This document shows, in pieces, positions 39,033 to 48,906 of a DNA stretch of 64,000 nt; position 1 is the stretch's first letter; every line of letters starts with the position of its first letter. The stretch lies in assembly GCA_016207405.1 (NCBI GenBank), contig JACQPQ010000018.1, forward strand, positions 20,767 through 84,766, read 5' to 3'. Source of the stretch: Gammaproteobacteria bacterium (GTDB taxonomy: Bacteria; Pseudomonadota; Gammaproteobacteria; JACQPQ01). The position numbers were made by a program, and so were the translations under genes. The notes under the pieces were generated by a model. It did not search any database. It was not told the DNA's origin and was given only the letters and a program-made list of their open reading frames with translations.

Positions 39033-40031
39033 ATGATGAAAAATAAAAGTGTAGGAAGTTACCTTTCAATTTTGTTTGCTTTGGGATTTATCGCAAGCGG
39101 TGTGGCGAGTGCGGCAGAAGTGGCAATGGAGGTTTTTAGCGAGGTCAGTGGGGGAGAGGAAGCGGCGCAGCCTTCGGGCCCACTCGTAAACATGATTGAC
39201 AGTCCTGAAAAGATAGGGATTGGTCTGCTTACAATGACTGATGCCACAGGTAGGGTAGATAATTGTACGGGCACAATGACAAGCATGGATGAGGCGACGA
39301 TGTTTTTTGTTTTAACCGCTGCGGACTGTGTCAAGCCTAGGAAAGGTAGTGTGAAATATAAAACTATTACCTTTCTGCTCCATAAAGGAAAACGTTCAAT
39401 AAAAGTAGATAAAATCGTCGTTCCTCCTGAGTGGAATAAAACTCATGAACTCAAATACAATTATGCACTCTTGCATCTTTCAATTACGCTAGAGGAATTA
39501 GTTCCTGATGCAAGTTATGGCTATGAAGGGGATTCGATGTTAGTAACTTATTCCATCTTGAAAGACAGAACGAGTGGGAAAGAACAAAATAAGACAGATC
39601 CATGGAGAAGTGGAGGGCCAGTTGAAGCGAGACTGTATGGATATCAGTGGGATAAGACATTCCATTCGTTAAAAACAAGCAAGATACCACACCCTTATTC
39701 TTGCCTTGGAGAACCATCCAGATGGAAGTTTTCGAATATTGACAGCTTTGCTTACTGGGAACTCGTTAAGCTCAAAGATGAGCAAGTCTGTCGCACGTTA
39801 GTAGATGCTCACTATGGGTTAGAGCAATTTATAAAAGGAGATAGCCCTTCTTTACGAGGAAGTCCAATGGTATTTGGTGCTCCTAATGGTATTCACCCCA
39901 ATATAGACACAGTCGTGGCGGCCATGCTTGTTTCGAAGAATTCGGAGATGAAGTCTATATTAGTCATCAACAACAAAATGCTTGGTCAATTTTGGAATTG
40001 GGCTAAACAGTTTCAAAAAAATAAGAAATAA
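39033..40031 (+). CDS. Secreted trypsin-like protein with a His-to-Asp substitution in the catalytic triad, a possible pseudo-protease
   Basis: Signal peptide. CTGTMTS...FVLTAADCV aligns to the CTGTLI..LTAAHC His box. NYALLHL aligns to DIALL. GDSPS aligns to the Ser box. Confidence 0.45.
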   Translation: MMKNKSVGSYLSILFALGFIASGVASAAEVAMEVFSEVSGGEEAAQPSGPLVNMIDSPEKIGIGLLTMTDATGRVDNCTGTMTSMDEATMFFVLTAADCVKPRKGSVKYKTITFLLHKGKRSIKVDKIVVPPEWNKTHELKYNYALLHLSITLEELVPDASYGYEGDSMLVTYSILKDRTSGKEQNKTDPWRSGGPVEARLYGYQWDKTFHSLKTSKIPHPYSCLGEPSRWKFSNIDSFAYWELVKLKDEQVCRTLVDAHYGLEQFIKGDSPSLRGSPMVFGAPNGIHPNIDTVVAAMLVSKNSEMKSILVINNKMLGQFWNWAKQFQKNKK

Positions 40032-40103
40032 GGACTATACCATCCCGTGCCAGAAAAGCCCCGGGAATCTTTTATCCGGGGCAGAGTTTCGTCTTGTCGG
40101 ATC

Positions 40104-40290
40104 TGAGGGCCTGTAAAAGAATAACTTTTCATCTTTAGCATCCCATCTTGGGCCCATCTTTGAACGTTTTGTCCTTCAGAAAAACGCTTACATAGAATAA
40201 CTATGCGCGCATTTTTCTTTGAACAAAACGTCCAAATCTGGACCCAATCTGGGCGCTAAAAAAAGAAAAGTTATTCTTTCACAGGCCCTA
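40104..40290. repeat. MITE-like nested palindromic element, copy 2
   Basis: Same TIRs and core as 31537..31725. Confidence 0.8.
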
Positions 40291-40376
40291 AGTGCTTATG
40301 CTTGATCCGACCTACAAAACTCCCGTGGGCTTGCCCATGGGAGTGCCCACTTTAGAGATCTCCTGTATACTTTTGC

Positions 40377-41579
40377 GTGATGAATTTCACTTCTCCTTAC
40401 AATCTGCCAGATGCGAGAGGACACTTTGGCCCTTACGGAGGGCGCTTTGTTGCGGAAACCCTGATGATACCCTTATTGGAACTTGAAAAAGCCTATGAAG
40501 AGGCATCACACAATCCTGCATTTTTGTCGGAACTTTCAGAGGAACTTCTCCATTTTGTAGGAAGACCCTCTCCGTTATATCTTGCAAAACGCTGGAGTAA
40601 AGCATTGGGGGGGGCAACCCTCTACCTCAAACGGGAAGACTTGAATCACACGGGTGCCCATAAAATTAACAATACGGTTGGACAAGCCTTGCTTGCGAAA
40701 AGGATGGGGAAAACACGCCTCATTGCAGAAACGGGGGCGGGGCAACATGGCGTTGCAACCGCTACGGTTGCTGCCAAATATGGATTTCAGTGTGTGGTCT
40801 ACATGGGTGTTAAGGATATGGCGCGCCAAGCTGTCAATGTCGAGCGGATGAAACTTTTAGGCGCAACTGTCCAACCGGTTCCGAGTGGCTCTCAAACTCT
40901 AAAAGATGCGCTAAATGAAGCGATGCGCGATTGGATCACCCATATCGACGATACGTTTTATGTGATCGGAAGCGTTGCAGGGCCTCATCCTTATCCTAAA
41001 ATGGTGCGAGATTTTCAGGCCGTCATTGGTAAAGAAACACGCCAGCAAATGATGGAACAAGCAGGGCGTTTGCCCGATAGTTTGGTCGCTTGTGTGGGCG
41101 GGGGTTCGAATGCCATTGGTCTTTTTTACCCCTTTTTGAATGAACCTTCTGTAACATGCTTTGGCGTAGAAGCTGCCGGGCACGGACTGAATACGGGGCA
41201 ACACAGTGCTTCTTTAGCCAAAGGGCGAGTGGGTGTTCTGCACGGCAATCGAACGTATCTTTTGCAGGATAGAGCGGGACAAATTCAAGAAGCGCATTCC
41301 ATTGCAGCCGGGTTAGATTATCCGGGCGTAGGGCCTGAACACGCTTGGCTAAAAGACTGTGGCAAAATTCGCACTGTGAGTGTAACCGATGAAGAAGCGA
41401 TATCGGCTTTTCATGAACTTGCATTACACGAAGGTATTCTGCCTGCATTAGAATCAAGCCATGCGTTAGCGTATGTCAAAAAAATAGCACCCACTTTCCC
41501 TAGCCATACCCTTATCGTCGTTAATCTTTCTGGACGGGGTGATAAAGACATTCATACTGTTTTATCTCAAACACAATGA
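40377..41579 (+). CDS. trpB: Tryptophan synthase beta chain
   Basis: [12 protein letters not shown]-lysine motif. Confidence 0.95.
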   Translation: MMNFTSPYNLPDARGHFGPYGGRFVAETLMIPLLELEKAYEEASHNPAFLSELSEELLHFVGRPSPLYLAKRWSKALGGATLYLKREDLNHTGAHKINNTVGQALLAKRMGKTRLIAETGAGQHGVATATVAAKYGFQCVVYMGVKDMARQAVNVERMKLLGATVQPVPSGSQTLKDALNEAMRDWITHIDDTFYVIGSVAGPHPYPKMVRDFQAVIGKETRQQMMEQAGRLPDSLVACVGGGSNAIGLFYPFLNEPSVTCFGVEAAGHGLNTGQHSASLAKGRVGVLHGNRTYLLQDRAGQIQEAHSIAAGLDYPGVGPEHAWLKDCGKIRTVSVTDEEAISAFHELALHEGILPALESSHALAYVKKIAPTFPSHTLIVVNLSGRGDKDIHTVLSQTQ

Positions 41580-42382
41580 ACCGGATCACACATCGTTTTA
41601 AAGCGCTTAAAAGTCATGCGGAAAAAGCGCTTATTCCTTTTATAGCAGCTGGCGACAGGTGGGGAATAGAAGAAATGCCGCTCCTCTTGCAACACTGTGT
41701 TCGCGCGGGAGCAGATCTGCTGGAAATAGGCGTTCCTTTTTCCGATCCAATGGCGGATGGGCCTATTATTCAGGCCGCTTATGAGCGCGCATTGAAAAAA
41801 GGCGTTACTCTCGCAAACATCCTTCAGAGCATTGCCCGTTTTCGACAAGTGGATGCGATAACCCCCATTATTCTGATGAGCTATACTAACCCAATTGAAC
41901 AAATGGGCTATGGTGTCTTTGCAGAAAAAGCCCAAGCGGCTGGGGTGGATGGTTGCCTGGTTGTAGACTGCCCGTTTGAAGAAGGAGAGACTTTGCATAA
42001 AGCGCTCACAACGCATCAGATCGATCCTATCTTGCTTGTTTCTCCTACGACACCCGAACACAGAATAGAGCAAATTGCGGAAAGAGCGCGTGGCTTTTTG
42101 TATGGGGTTTCTTTGAAGGGCATTACAGGAGCGCATCATCTTGATGTTCAAGCGGTTACGGAAATGGTCCAAAAAATTCGTCGTTATAGCGAACTGCCTA
42201 TTGGTATTGGATTTGGTATTCACGATGCGAAAAGCGGAGCACTTGTGGCCAAAGTTGCCGATGCCGTTATTATAGGAAGTGCGTTCGTTAAAATCATGGA
42301 AAGTGGGACAGAAAATCGGGAACACATTCTGCAGCGTCTTCAAGATTTTCTGCATGAAATAAAGAATGCTATAACCCTATGA
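41576..42382 (+). CDS. trpA: Tryptophan synthase alpha chain
   Basis: TIM-barrel TrpA motifs. Overlaps the trpB stop. Confidence 0.95.
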   Translation: MNRITHRFKALKSHAEKALIPFIAAGDRWGIEEMPLLLQHCVRAGADLLEIGVPFSDPMADGPIIQAAYERALKKGVTLANILQSIARFRQVDAITPIILMSYTNPIEQMGYGVFAEKAQAAGVDGCLVVDCPFEEGETLHKALTTHQIDPILLVSPTTPEHRIEQIAERARGFLYGVSLKGITGAHHLDVQAVTEMVQKIRRYSELPIGIGFGIHDAKSGALVAKVADAVIIGSAFVKIMESGTENREHILQRLQDFLHEIKNAITL

Positions 42383-43251
42383 GTTGGCTTAAAAAATTAT
42401 TACCTTCCATTGTTCGAAGGAGAACCGCAAGCAAGAAAGCAATCCCAGAGGGGATATGGTCAAAATGTCCGGCTTGTGATGCGTTTTTATATGCTTCGGA
42501 ACTCGAACGCAATCTTTATGTATGCCCTAAATGCCAGCACCATATTCGACTCCGTGCTAGGAAGCGCTTGGAAGGATTCTTGGATAGCGAACCTGAAGCA
42601 GTCGAAATCATCGACAAAATTACATCCACTGATTTTCTAAAATTCAAAGATACTAAAAAATACAAAGACAGACTTTCGGCCGCCCAAAAAGAAACAGGCG
42701 AAAAAGAGGCACTCATTGTCATGAAAGGGCGACTGAAAGGAAGTCCTGTCGTTGTCGCTTGTTTTGAGTTCGCTTTCATGGGGGGATCGATGGGAAGTGT
42801 TGTGGGAGAGCGATTTGTGCGTGCTGTAGATCTGGCTTTAGCCCAAAACATTCCTTTCATTTGTTTTGTAATGAGTGGGGGGGCTCGCATGCAAGAGGGA
42901 GTCGTTTCTCTTATGCAGATGGCTAAAACCAGTGCCGCGCTTGCGCGCCTCTCGGAACATGCCATTCCCTACATTTCTGTTTTAACCGATCCGACAACGG
43001 GAGGTGTTGCAGCGAGCCTCGCGATGCTGGGAGACATTATTATTGCAGAGCCTAATGCTTTGATCGGATTTGCAGGGCCCCGTGTGATTGAGCAAACCAT
43101 TCGAGAAAAACTACCCGATGGTTTTCAGCGGAGTGAATCGCTACTTCAGCATGGGAGCATCGATATGATCATAAATCGACGTGAGGTGAGGGATAAAATA
43201 GCGTCCATACTGGGTAAGCTCACGCCTTCTGTTTATACCCAATTAACTTGA
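42379..43251 (+). CDS. accD: Acetyl-CoA carboxylase carboxyltransferase beta subunit
   Basis: Zn-ribbon CPACDAFLY...CPKCQHH and a CT domain. Confidence 0.95.
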   Translation: MSWLKKLLPSIVRRRTASKKAIPEGIWSKCPACDAFLYASELERNLYVCPKCQHHIRLRARKRLEGFLDSEPEAVEIIDKITSTDFLKFKDTKKYKDRLSAAQKETGEKEALIVMKGRLKGSPVVVACFEFAFMGGSMGSVVGERFVRAVDLALAQNIPFICFVMSGGARMQEGVVSLMQMAKTSAALARLSEHAIPYISVLTDPTTGGVAASLAMLGDIIIAEPNALIGFAGPRVIEQTIREKLPDGFQRSESLLQHGSIDMIINRREVRDKIASILGKLTPSVYTQLT

Positions 43252-43419
43252 AGATCTGACTATGTTACCCCCTCCCCCGCTGGCGGGGGAGGGTTGGGGA
43301 GAGGGCTGAGGAATCGACGCATAATTTTTTAGAAAAACATTTTGTAACTATTCAGCATCTTAATCTGGATACCGCGGTCAAGCCGCGGTATGACGAAGAT
43401 CCGTCACCCCGCGGTTTAA

Positions 43420-43833
43420 CCGCGTGGTCCAGAAAATGGCTTTACCAAAGCGTTTAACTGGATGCCTCAGAATGTGCTGAATGGTTACAAAATTTATACG
43501 TGTCGTATGCAAATTGAAGAAGGTTTTCGAGATTTAAAGAGTTCGCAATATGGTTTTGGATTTGAAAAATCTCGAACAAAGCATATTGCTCGGATCCAAG
43601 TATTATTGTTGATTGCGATGCTTGCGGCTTTGTTCGCTTGGTTGACGGGATGGGTAGCCGAGCAGCGAGGTTTGCAATATAAGTTTCAGGCCAACTCCAT
43701 TAAGCACAAGAGGGTTTTATCGTTATTTTTCCTGGGATGCCGAGTCATCAGTAAAAGAATACACTTTTTGCTGGGGGAGCTCTTTGAAGGGCTTATTAAT
43801 ATTCAACTTAAATTAAGTGTTGTATGTGTTTGA
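43420..43833 (+). mobile_element. IS4-family DDE transposase 3' remnant, C-terminal roughly 135 codons only
   Basis: Y(2)R(3)E(6)K signature in YTCRMQIEEGFRDLK. There is no upstream catalytic DDE region. GC hairpins at 43270..43293, 43369..43391 and 43410..43424 precede it. Confidence 0.6.
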
Positions 43834-43881
43834 TTATGCTTTATTATGCGTCGATCACTCAGGGCCAAACCTTGACGTATC

Positions 43882-45150
43882 CTAAAAATCTGGGAAGTAA
43901 CGGCTAAGGCATTCTACGGTTTTTTGTAAAGCGCCACGATTCGATTCAATAATAGTGAAGCACCGTTCGCCTAACTCGGCCCGTTCATTGGGATGTTGCA
44001 TTAAATGGATGACGGTATTCGCTAACTCGTCTGCAGTGTGGACAACATGAAGGGCGTTCTCTGCGTCAAAACGTTCTACAATTTCTTTAAAATGATGGGT
44101 GTGGGGCCCTATTAAAATAGGGCGTTTCCACAGTGCAGGTTCCAAAATATTGTGCCCGCCTTTTGGAACGAGGCTTCCCCCCACAAACGCGATGTCGGAA
44201 ATTCCATACAGCAGCAGGAGATCGCCGATGGTATCTACGAGGAGAATGGATGTGCTTTCAGAAACATGAGGGGCATGGCTCCACTTTTCAACGGAAAAAT
44301 GATGCTGCTGACATAACTTTTCTACTGCAAGAAATCGTTCGGGATTACGGGGCGCTAAAAGCGCTAAGAGATTTGGCAAAACAAAACGTATGCGAGAAAA
44401 AGCTTCTAAGAGTTTTTCTTCTTCCCCTTCATGAGTGCTTGCCGCCATTAAAATAGGTCTTTCTGCAAAACGCCCTTTCAACGCCTTTGCTTGTTCGCCT
44501 ATGCTTCCAGGCAGAAAGCAGTCAAATTTTAAATTCCCCACGACAGAAATATGTTGGGATAAAACGCCTAACTTTAAAAACTTTTCTGCATCTTGTTTAT
44601 GCCGCGCCATAATATGTGTCACATTCTTAAGGATCGGTTTAAAAAAGTAACGCAAGGCGTAATATCGAGAAAAGGATTGTTCTGCCAGCCGTGCATTGAC
44701 AATAAAAAGAGGAATATGTCTCTGCTGTGCAAGGCAGATCATATTGGGCCAAAGCTCGGTTTCTAAAATAATGATTCGGTCGGGATTAACCTTTCTGAAA
44801 AACCTCCTAAGGAAGAAGGGTGCGTCATAAGGGAAGTAACTGTGGTAAACAGTTTTACCAAACAAATCACGAACACGGAGAGAGCCCGTCGGTGTCGTCG
44901 TCGTCATCAGAATAGGGTGCGATGGAAACTGTCTTTGGAGTTCTCGAACTAGAGGCGCCGCTGCATTGACTTCCCCCAGTGATACAGCATGTACCCAAAT
45001 GCTTTTCAAAAGGAACGGCACTCTACTAGAAAATCCAAGGCGTTCCAACAGCCGTTTTCTATAAGCGGGCAATGCCACGCTTTTCCACAGTAGACGAAGA
45101 AAAACAAAAGGAAGAAGAGAATAAACGAGGAGTGTGTAAAAACGCAGCAT
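43882..45150 (-). CDS. waaA: 3-deoxy-D-manno-octulosonic acid transferase
   Basis: VWVHAVSLGEVNAAAPLVREL KdtA motif. The Met at 45150 is preferred over 45198. Confidence 0.85.
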   Translation of the reverse strand: MLRFYTLLVYSLLPFVFLRLLWKSVALPAYRKRLLERLGFSSRVPFLLKSIWVHAVSLGEVNAAAPLVRELQRQFPSHPILMTTTTPTGSLRVRDLFGKTVYHSYFPYDAPFFLRRFFRKVNPDRIIILETELWPNMICLAQQRHIPLFIVNARLAEQSFSRYYALRYFFKPILKNVTHIMARHKQDAEKFLKLGVLSQHISVVGNLKFDCFLPGSIGEQAKALKGRFAERPILMAASTHEGEEEKLLEAFSRIRFVLPNLLALLAPRNPERFLAVEKLCQQHHFSVEKWSHAPHVSESTSILLVDTIGDLLLLYGISDIAFVGGSLVPKGGHNILEPALWKRPILIGPHTHHFKEIVERFDAENALHVVHTADELANTVIHLMQHPNERAELGERCFTIIESNRGALQKTVECLSRYFPDF

Positions 45151-45308
45151 TCCTTTTTGTAATAAGTTCATATTCTTATCTAGGGTGCGCTTGCGCACCC
45201 ATCAGTAATCACGAAGTTGGTTCGGATAATTCTTGCAAATATCTGTTGTTTTATATTGGTAATTCCTTTCTTACCCAACCATTCGATGGTTTTATCGTTG
45301 CCAGCTCC

Positions 45309-46460
45309 CTATGACCGTGGGACAAGGAGTGGGATGGGCTCCCAAGTGATGAAGGGTTTGAGCTGAGATTTTGCAGCTCCTAAGTCACTGTAATAAAGAC
45401 AGTCATAGACTTTTTCTTCTGTTAAATAATCCTGGTTGGCACGGTGAAGGGAGTCATACTTTGGAATGATCCCAATATTGTCTTCCGCAGACAGTCTGAG
45501 TCTGTAACTCTCAGCATCCAATAATGTAATGGGCATGGAAGCATGATATAGGGCGAGCCCCATGCGGATGGTTTCCACCATTCGAGAAGTAGCCCCAGCC
45601 GATAAATAAATAGACCAGTTTTTGTGTCCCTTTCTAATCCCTAAACTAATATGAGTCGTATTACCGCCTCTGCAAATTTCCCATGGGTGCCCACCCCCTC
45701 GCGCAGAAGCGTACCATTTTGCAAAAGCCTCACTGGATTGCAAAGGTAAATCAATGAGTCCTTCGTGACGTCCATCTGCTAATTGTTGATACATTTCAAG
45801 ACCTGTTTGGTCGGCGTTTACAGCGGTCTTTTTGCTATTTGCCAGGTAACAGATTTTGCAATAATCCAAATACTTTTCTAAAGTCATTTCTGGATGAAAT
45901 CCATCAAAACTCTCATCAAATGTTCGTTTCTCAGTAAGGTCGATAAACTTCGCTGTGGCCGCCTTTCCTAACTCCTGATCGGGTCGATATAGATCAGGCA
46001 CTTTTTTTAATATGACTGATCTCGAAATCTTGCCTTTGAGCAATTCGGGAGGGATCTGAGTGATTATTTGGCGATTGACTTGAACCCAGTCACCTTTGAG
46101 CTTATCCAGCTGTTTTTCAATTCGTGCAAGCGCCATTATCCAAGCTTTGGGAGAGGTATCATAATTTTGAAAACTGGAACGCTCTTCGGTTACCTGGCAA
46201 TCTGTTTTTTTCTGATATTGCAAATGGGCATAGCCACGATTGATCCAAACCGCATAATCCTCATCTCGGTAGTTAATAATCTTGATGTAATCCCATAACT
46301 TAGGGGTCTTTCCCGGAAGATAAAAATACCAATTCCGGTCAGAAATGTGCCACTCGTAGTAAATAGATTCAAGCCGTTTTTTGAGGGTTTTAAATGCACG
46401 ACTGAGCTTAGCAAGCTCACTTTTTTCTCGATCACTCACATCGTTCAAATTTTTTCTCAT
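45309..46460 (-). CDS. Hypothetical protein with no recognisable domain
   Basis: 383-aa ORF with moderate AT bias. A palindrome lies upstream at 46505..46543. Confidence 0.4.
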   Translation of the reverse strand: MRKNLNDVSDREKSELAKLSRAFKTLKKRLESIYYEWHISDRNWYFYLPGKTPKLWDYIKIINYRDEDYAVWINRGYAHLQYQKKTDCQVTEERSSFQNYDTSPKAWIMALARIEKQLDKLKGDWVQVNRQIITQIPPELLKGKISRSVILKKVPDLYRPDQELGKAATAKFIDLTEKRTFDESFDGFHPEMTLEKYLDYCKICYLANSKKTAVNADQTGLEMYQQLADGRHEGLIDLPLQSSEAFAKWYASARGGGHPWEICRGGNTTHISLGIRKGHKNWSIYLSAGATSRMVETIRMGLALYHASMPITLLDAESYRLRLSAEDNIGIIPKYDSLHRANQDYLTEEKVYDCLYYSDLGAAKSQLKPFITWEPIPLLVPRS

Positions 46461-46668
46461 ACGCTTTTATACCTGAATTTCCCATCAAATGTATATACTA
46501 GGAAGCAGAAATTCCCACGTCCATGTAGAGAGCGGGAATTTCTGTGGATCCTGAGTCGCGCGCCGTGACCACCCCTCTCGAATAAGCTTATAACACGGCG
46601 CTTGCACGGGATGACGCCTCGTATATTTTTAGATGTGTTGAATAGATATCATTATTTTTTGGGATCTC

Positions 46669-48237
46669 TTAAAAGAAAATAAGTATCGTCATGATCCCAA
46701 GCAAGCCCATACCCATTACGATCCCCACCATTTGATACCGAAAAAGCTGTTGCATGGCCTGATTCATTTTTCGGAGTTCTTCGGCCTCTTTTTCTAGGGA
46801 CGCACGAATACGCTGCTCATCTTCTAGAAATTTAATGAGGACAATCGGAAGACGCGCCATTTTATCCGTCCACAAAACGCTTTCGCGAGAAAGCAACTTA
46901 AACCACGTTTTAGGATGAAGGCGTCTCTTCATCCATTTTTCTAAATAAGGTTTGGCCGTAGACCAAAGGTCCAGTTCTGGATAAAGCTCTCTGCCAAGCC
47001 CTTCTATATTAAATAATGTTTTTTGTAGCAATATGAGTTGTGGCTGAATATTCATTTGAAACCGCCTCGCAGCTTGAAAGAGACCAAACAGTAATTGAGC
47101 AAATGAAATCTCTCCCAGCGGCTTTTCAAAAACAGGCTCAGAAAGAGTCCGAATTTCCGCCTCAAATTCCTCGACACGCGTATCCCGTGGAACCCACCCA
47201 CTTTCAATATGTAACTCGGCTACCCACCGATAATCCCGTCTAAAAAAAGCCAAAAAATTGGCTGCTAAGTAATGTTGATCTTCTGAAGACAAAGTCCCTA
47301 CGATTCCACAGTCCACCACCACATACTGAGGCGCTTCTCGATTTGTGAGAGAAACAAAAATATTCCCCGGGTGCATGTCCGCATGGAAAAAACAATCTCG
47401 AAATACCTGTGTAAAAAATATTTCGACGCCCTGTTCGGCAAGTTTTTTGATATTGACGCCTTTTTCTTTGAGCGTTTTGAGATCAGAAACTGGAACGCCA
47501 TACACGCGTTCCATCACCAATACATTTTTTTTAACTGCCGGCCAATGAACTTCAGGGACATACAGCAAAGGGGAATTCAAAAAATTTCTACGGAGAACAG
47601 AAGTATTTGCGGCTTCTGCAACGAGATCACATTCGTTCCCTATTGCCCGTTTAAACTCGGCTACCATTTCGCGAGGTCTAAAGCGACGAGCCTCTTTAGA
47701 ATATCGGCTTGCCCAAATCGCTAACACTTCTAATACCGCAATATCCCTTGCGATTTTTTTCTCCATGCCCGGACGCAATACCTTCACAACGACGTCCGCT
47801 CCCGTATGAAGACGAGCCGCGTGAACCTGCGCAACCGACGCAGACGCGAAAGGTTCTGGATGGAATTCTAAGAAAGCCTCTTCTAGACTTTGGTTTAAGG
47901 CTTGTTCAATGATCTCCCGCGCCTCGCTCCCTGGGAAAGGAGGAACCTTATCTTGTAACTTGGCTAGTTCGTCTGCAATTTCAGGTGGCAACAAATCTCG
48001 ACGTGTAGAAAGTACCTGCCCAAATTTAATAAAAATGGGGCCGAGTTCTTCCAAAGCCAACCGTATTCGAAGCCCCAGCGGACGACCATCCCTTCCCCTC
48101 CAATTCCAAGGGAACAGGTAATATATGAAACGAATGGGACGAAAGAGGTGAACGGCTAAAATGATTTCATCACAACCCTGACTCACCAAAACAAGGCTTA
48201 TTTGGAATAATCGAAAAATATGTACCAAATTTCTCAT
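46669..48237 (-). CDS. ubiB: Ubiquinone biosynthesis protein kinase UbiB (ABC1 family)
   Basis: LGPIFIKFGQVLSTRRDLLP motif. Confidence 0.9.
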   Translation of the reverse strand: MRNLVHIFRLFQISLVLVSQGCDEIILAVHLFRPIRFIYYLFPWNWRGRDGRPLGLRIRLALEELGPIFIKFGQVLSTRRDLLPPEIADELAKLQDKVPPFPGSEAREIIEQALNQSLEEAFLEFHPEPFASASVAQVHAARLHTGADVVVKVLRPGMEKKIARDIAVLEVLAIWASRYSKEARRFRPREMVAEFKRAIGNECDLVAEAANTSVLRRNFLNSPLLYVPEVHWPAVKKNVLVMERVYGVPVSDLKTLKEKGVNIKKLAEQGVEIFFTQVFRDCFFHADMHPGNIFVSLTNREAPQYVVVDCGIVGTLSSEDQHYLAANFLAFFRRDYRWVAELHIESGWVPRDTRVEEFEAEIRTLSEPVFEKPLGEISFAQLLFGLFQAARRFQMNIQPQLILLQKTLFNIEGLGRELYPELDLWSTAKPYLEKWMKRRLHPKTWFKLLSRESVLWTDKMARLPIVLIKFLEDEQRIRASLEKEAEELRKMNQAMQQLFRYQMVGIVMGMGLLGIMTILIFF

Positions 48238-48240
48238 GGC

Positions 48241-48849
48241 TTAAGAAATGAATGCTCTTTTTAACTGATCAATTTTAGACTCCAAATGCTCAAAATGGCT
48301 CTGCACGCTATCCACCTCATCATAAAAATATTCCAGCAAAGCGCGTGGCGGAAGGAGTAGCATTTCCTCTTGAATAAAATCGGTAAAATTCTCTCTTACC
48401 GCCAGAAGCCGATCCCCTGCCCATTTTTCTGCAGAACGCCCTCCCTCATACAGGGTGTGGGCCAGAATATCTCCAAACCACAAGGATAACTGTTCTTCCC
48501 AATCCGGTTCGAGGTGCTTAAAAAAAAGCTGTAGGGCCTCTGCAAATGTTATATCGCCTTCTAGATGGAGGTGGCGGGCGGCAAATAGGGGAGATCCCAT
48601 TGTGAGAAGACTATACAAAGAGCCTCGAATGGACAAATTGCCTTCTCCCTTATATTCTAAAAAAAGGCAGATCCCTTCTTTTGTGAACTGCATGAAAAAC
48701 GGAATTTGGACGCCTTCTATCTGAATGGCCACCACTTTCCCTAAAAAGGGTTCACGTGCTTCCTCACTATGCGGATCGAGTCGAATAAGATGATTGATTC
48801 CAGATTCAAGTTTAGGAAGTAGGAAAGGAATGATCGTGTTATAAAGCAT
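48241..48849 (-). CDS. ubiJ: Ubiquinone biosynthesis accessory factor UbiJ, SCP2-like
   Basis: Sits upstream of ubiB, as in ubiE-ubiJ-ubiB operons. INHLIRLDP motif. The start at the Met at 48849 is preferred. Confidence 0.65.
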   Translation of the reverse strand: MLYNTIIPFLLPKLESGINHLIRLDPHSEEAREPFLGKVVAIQIEGVQIPFFMQFTKEGICLFLEYKGEGNLSIRGSLYSLLTMGSPLFAARHLHLEGDITFAEALQLFFKHLEPDWEEQLSLWFGDILAHTLYEGGRSAEKWAGDRLLAVRENFTDFIQEEMLLLPPRALLEYFYDEVDSVQSHFEHLESKIDQLKRAFIS

Positions 48850-48906
48850 AATAGTAAATAAAGTATAAGAGTAATTTCTGTATATGACAAAAATAATGAA
48901 CATCCT

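Noticed and set aside
43288-43305. 14-mer tggggagagggctg shared with 52086..52099 inside the methyltransferase gene
   Set aside because: It is low-complexity and G-rich, with no extended similarity on either side. This is probably coincidence rather than a repeat family.
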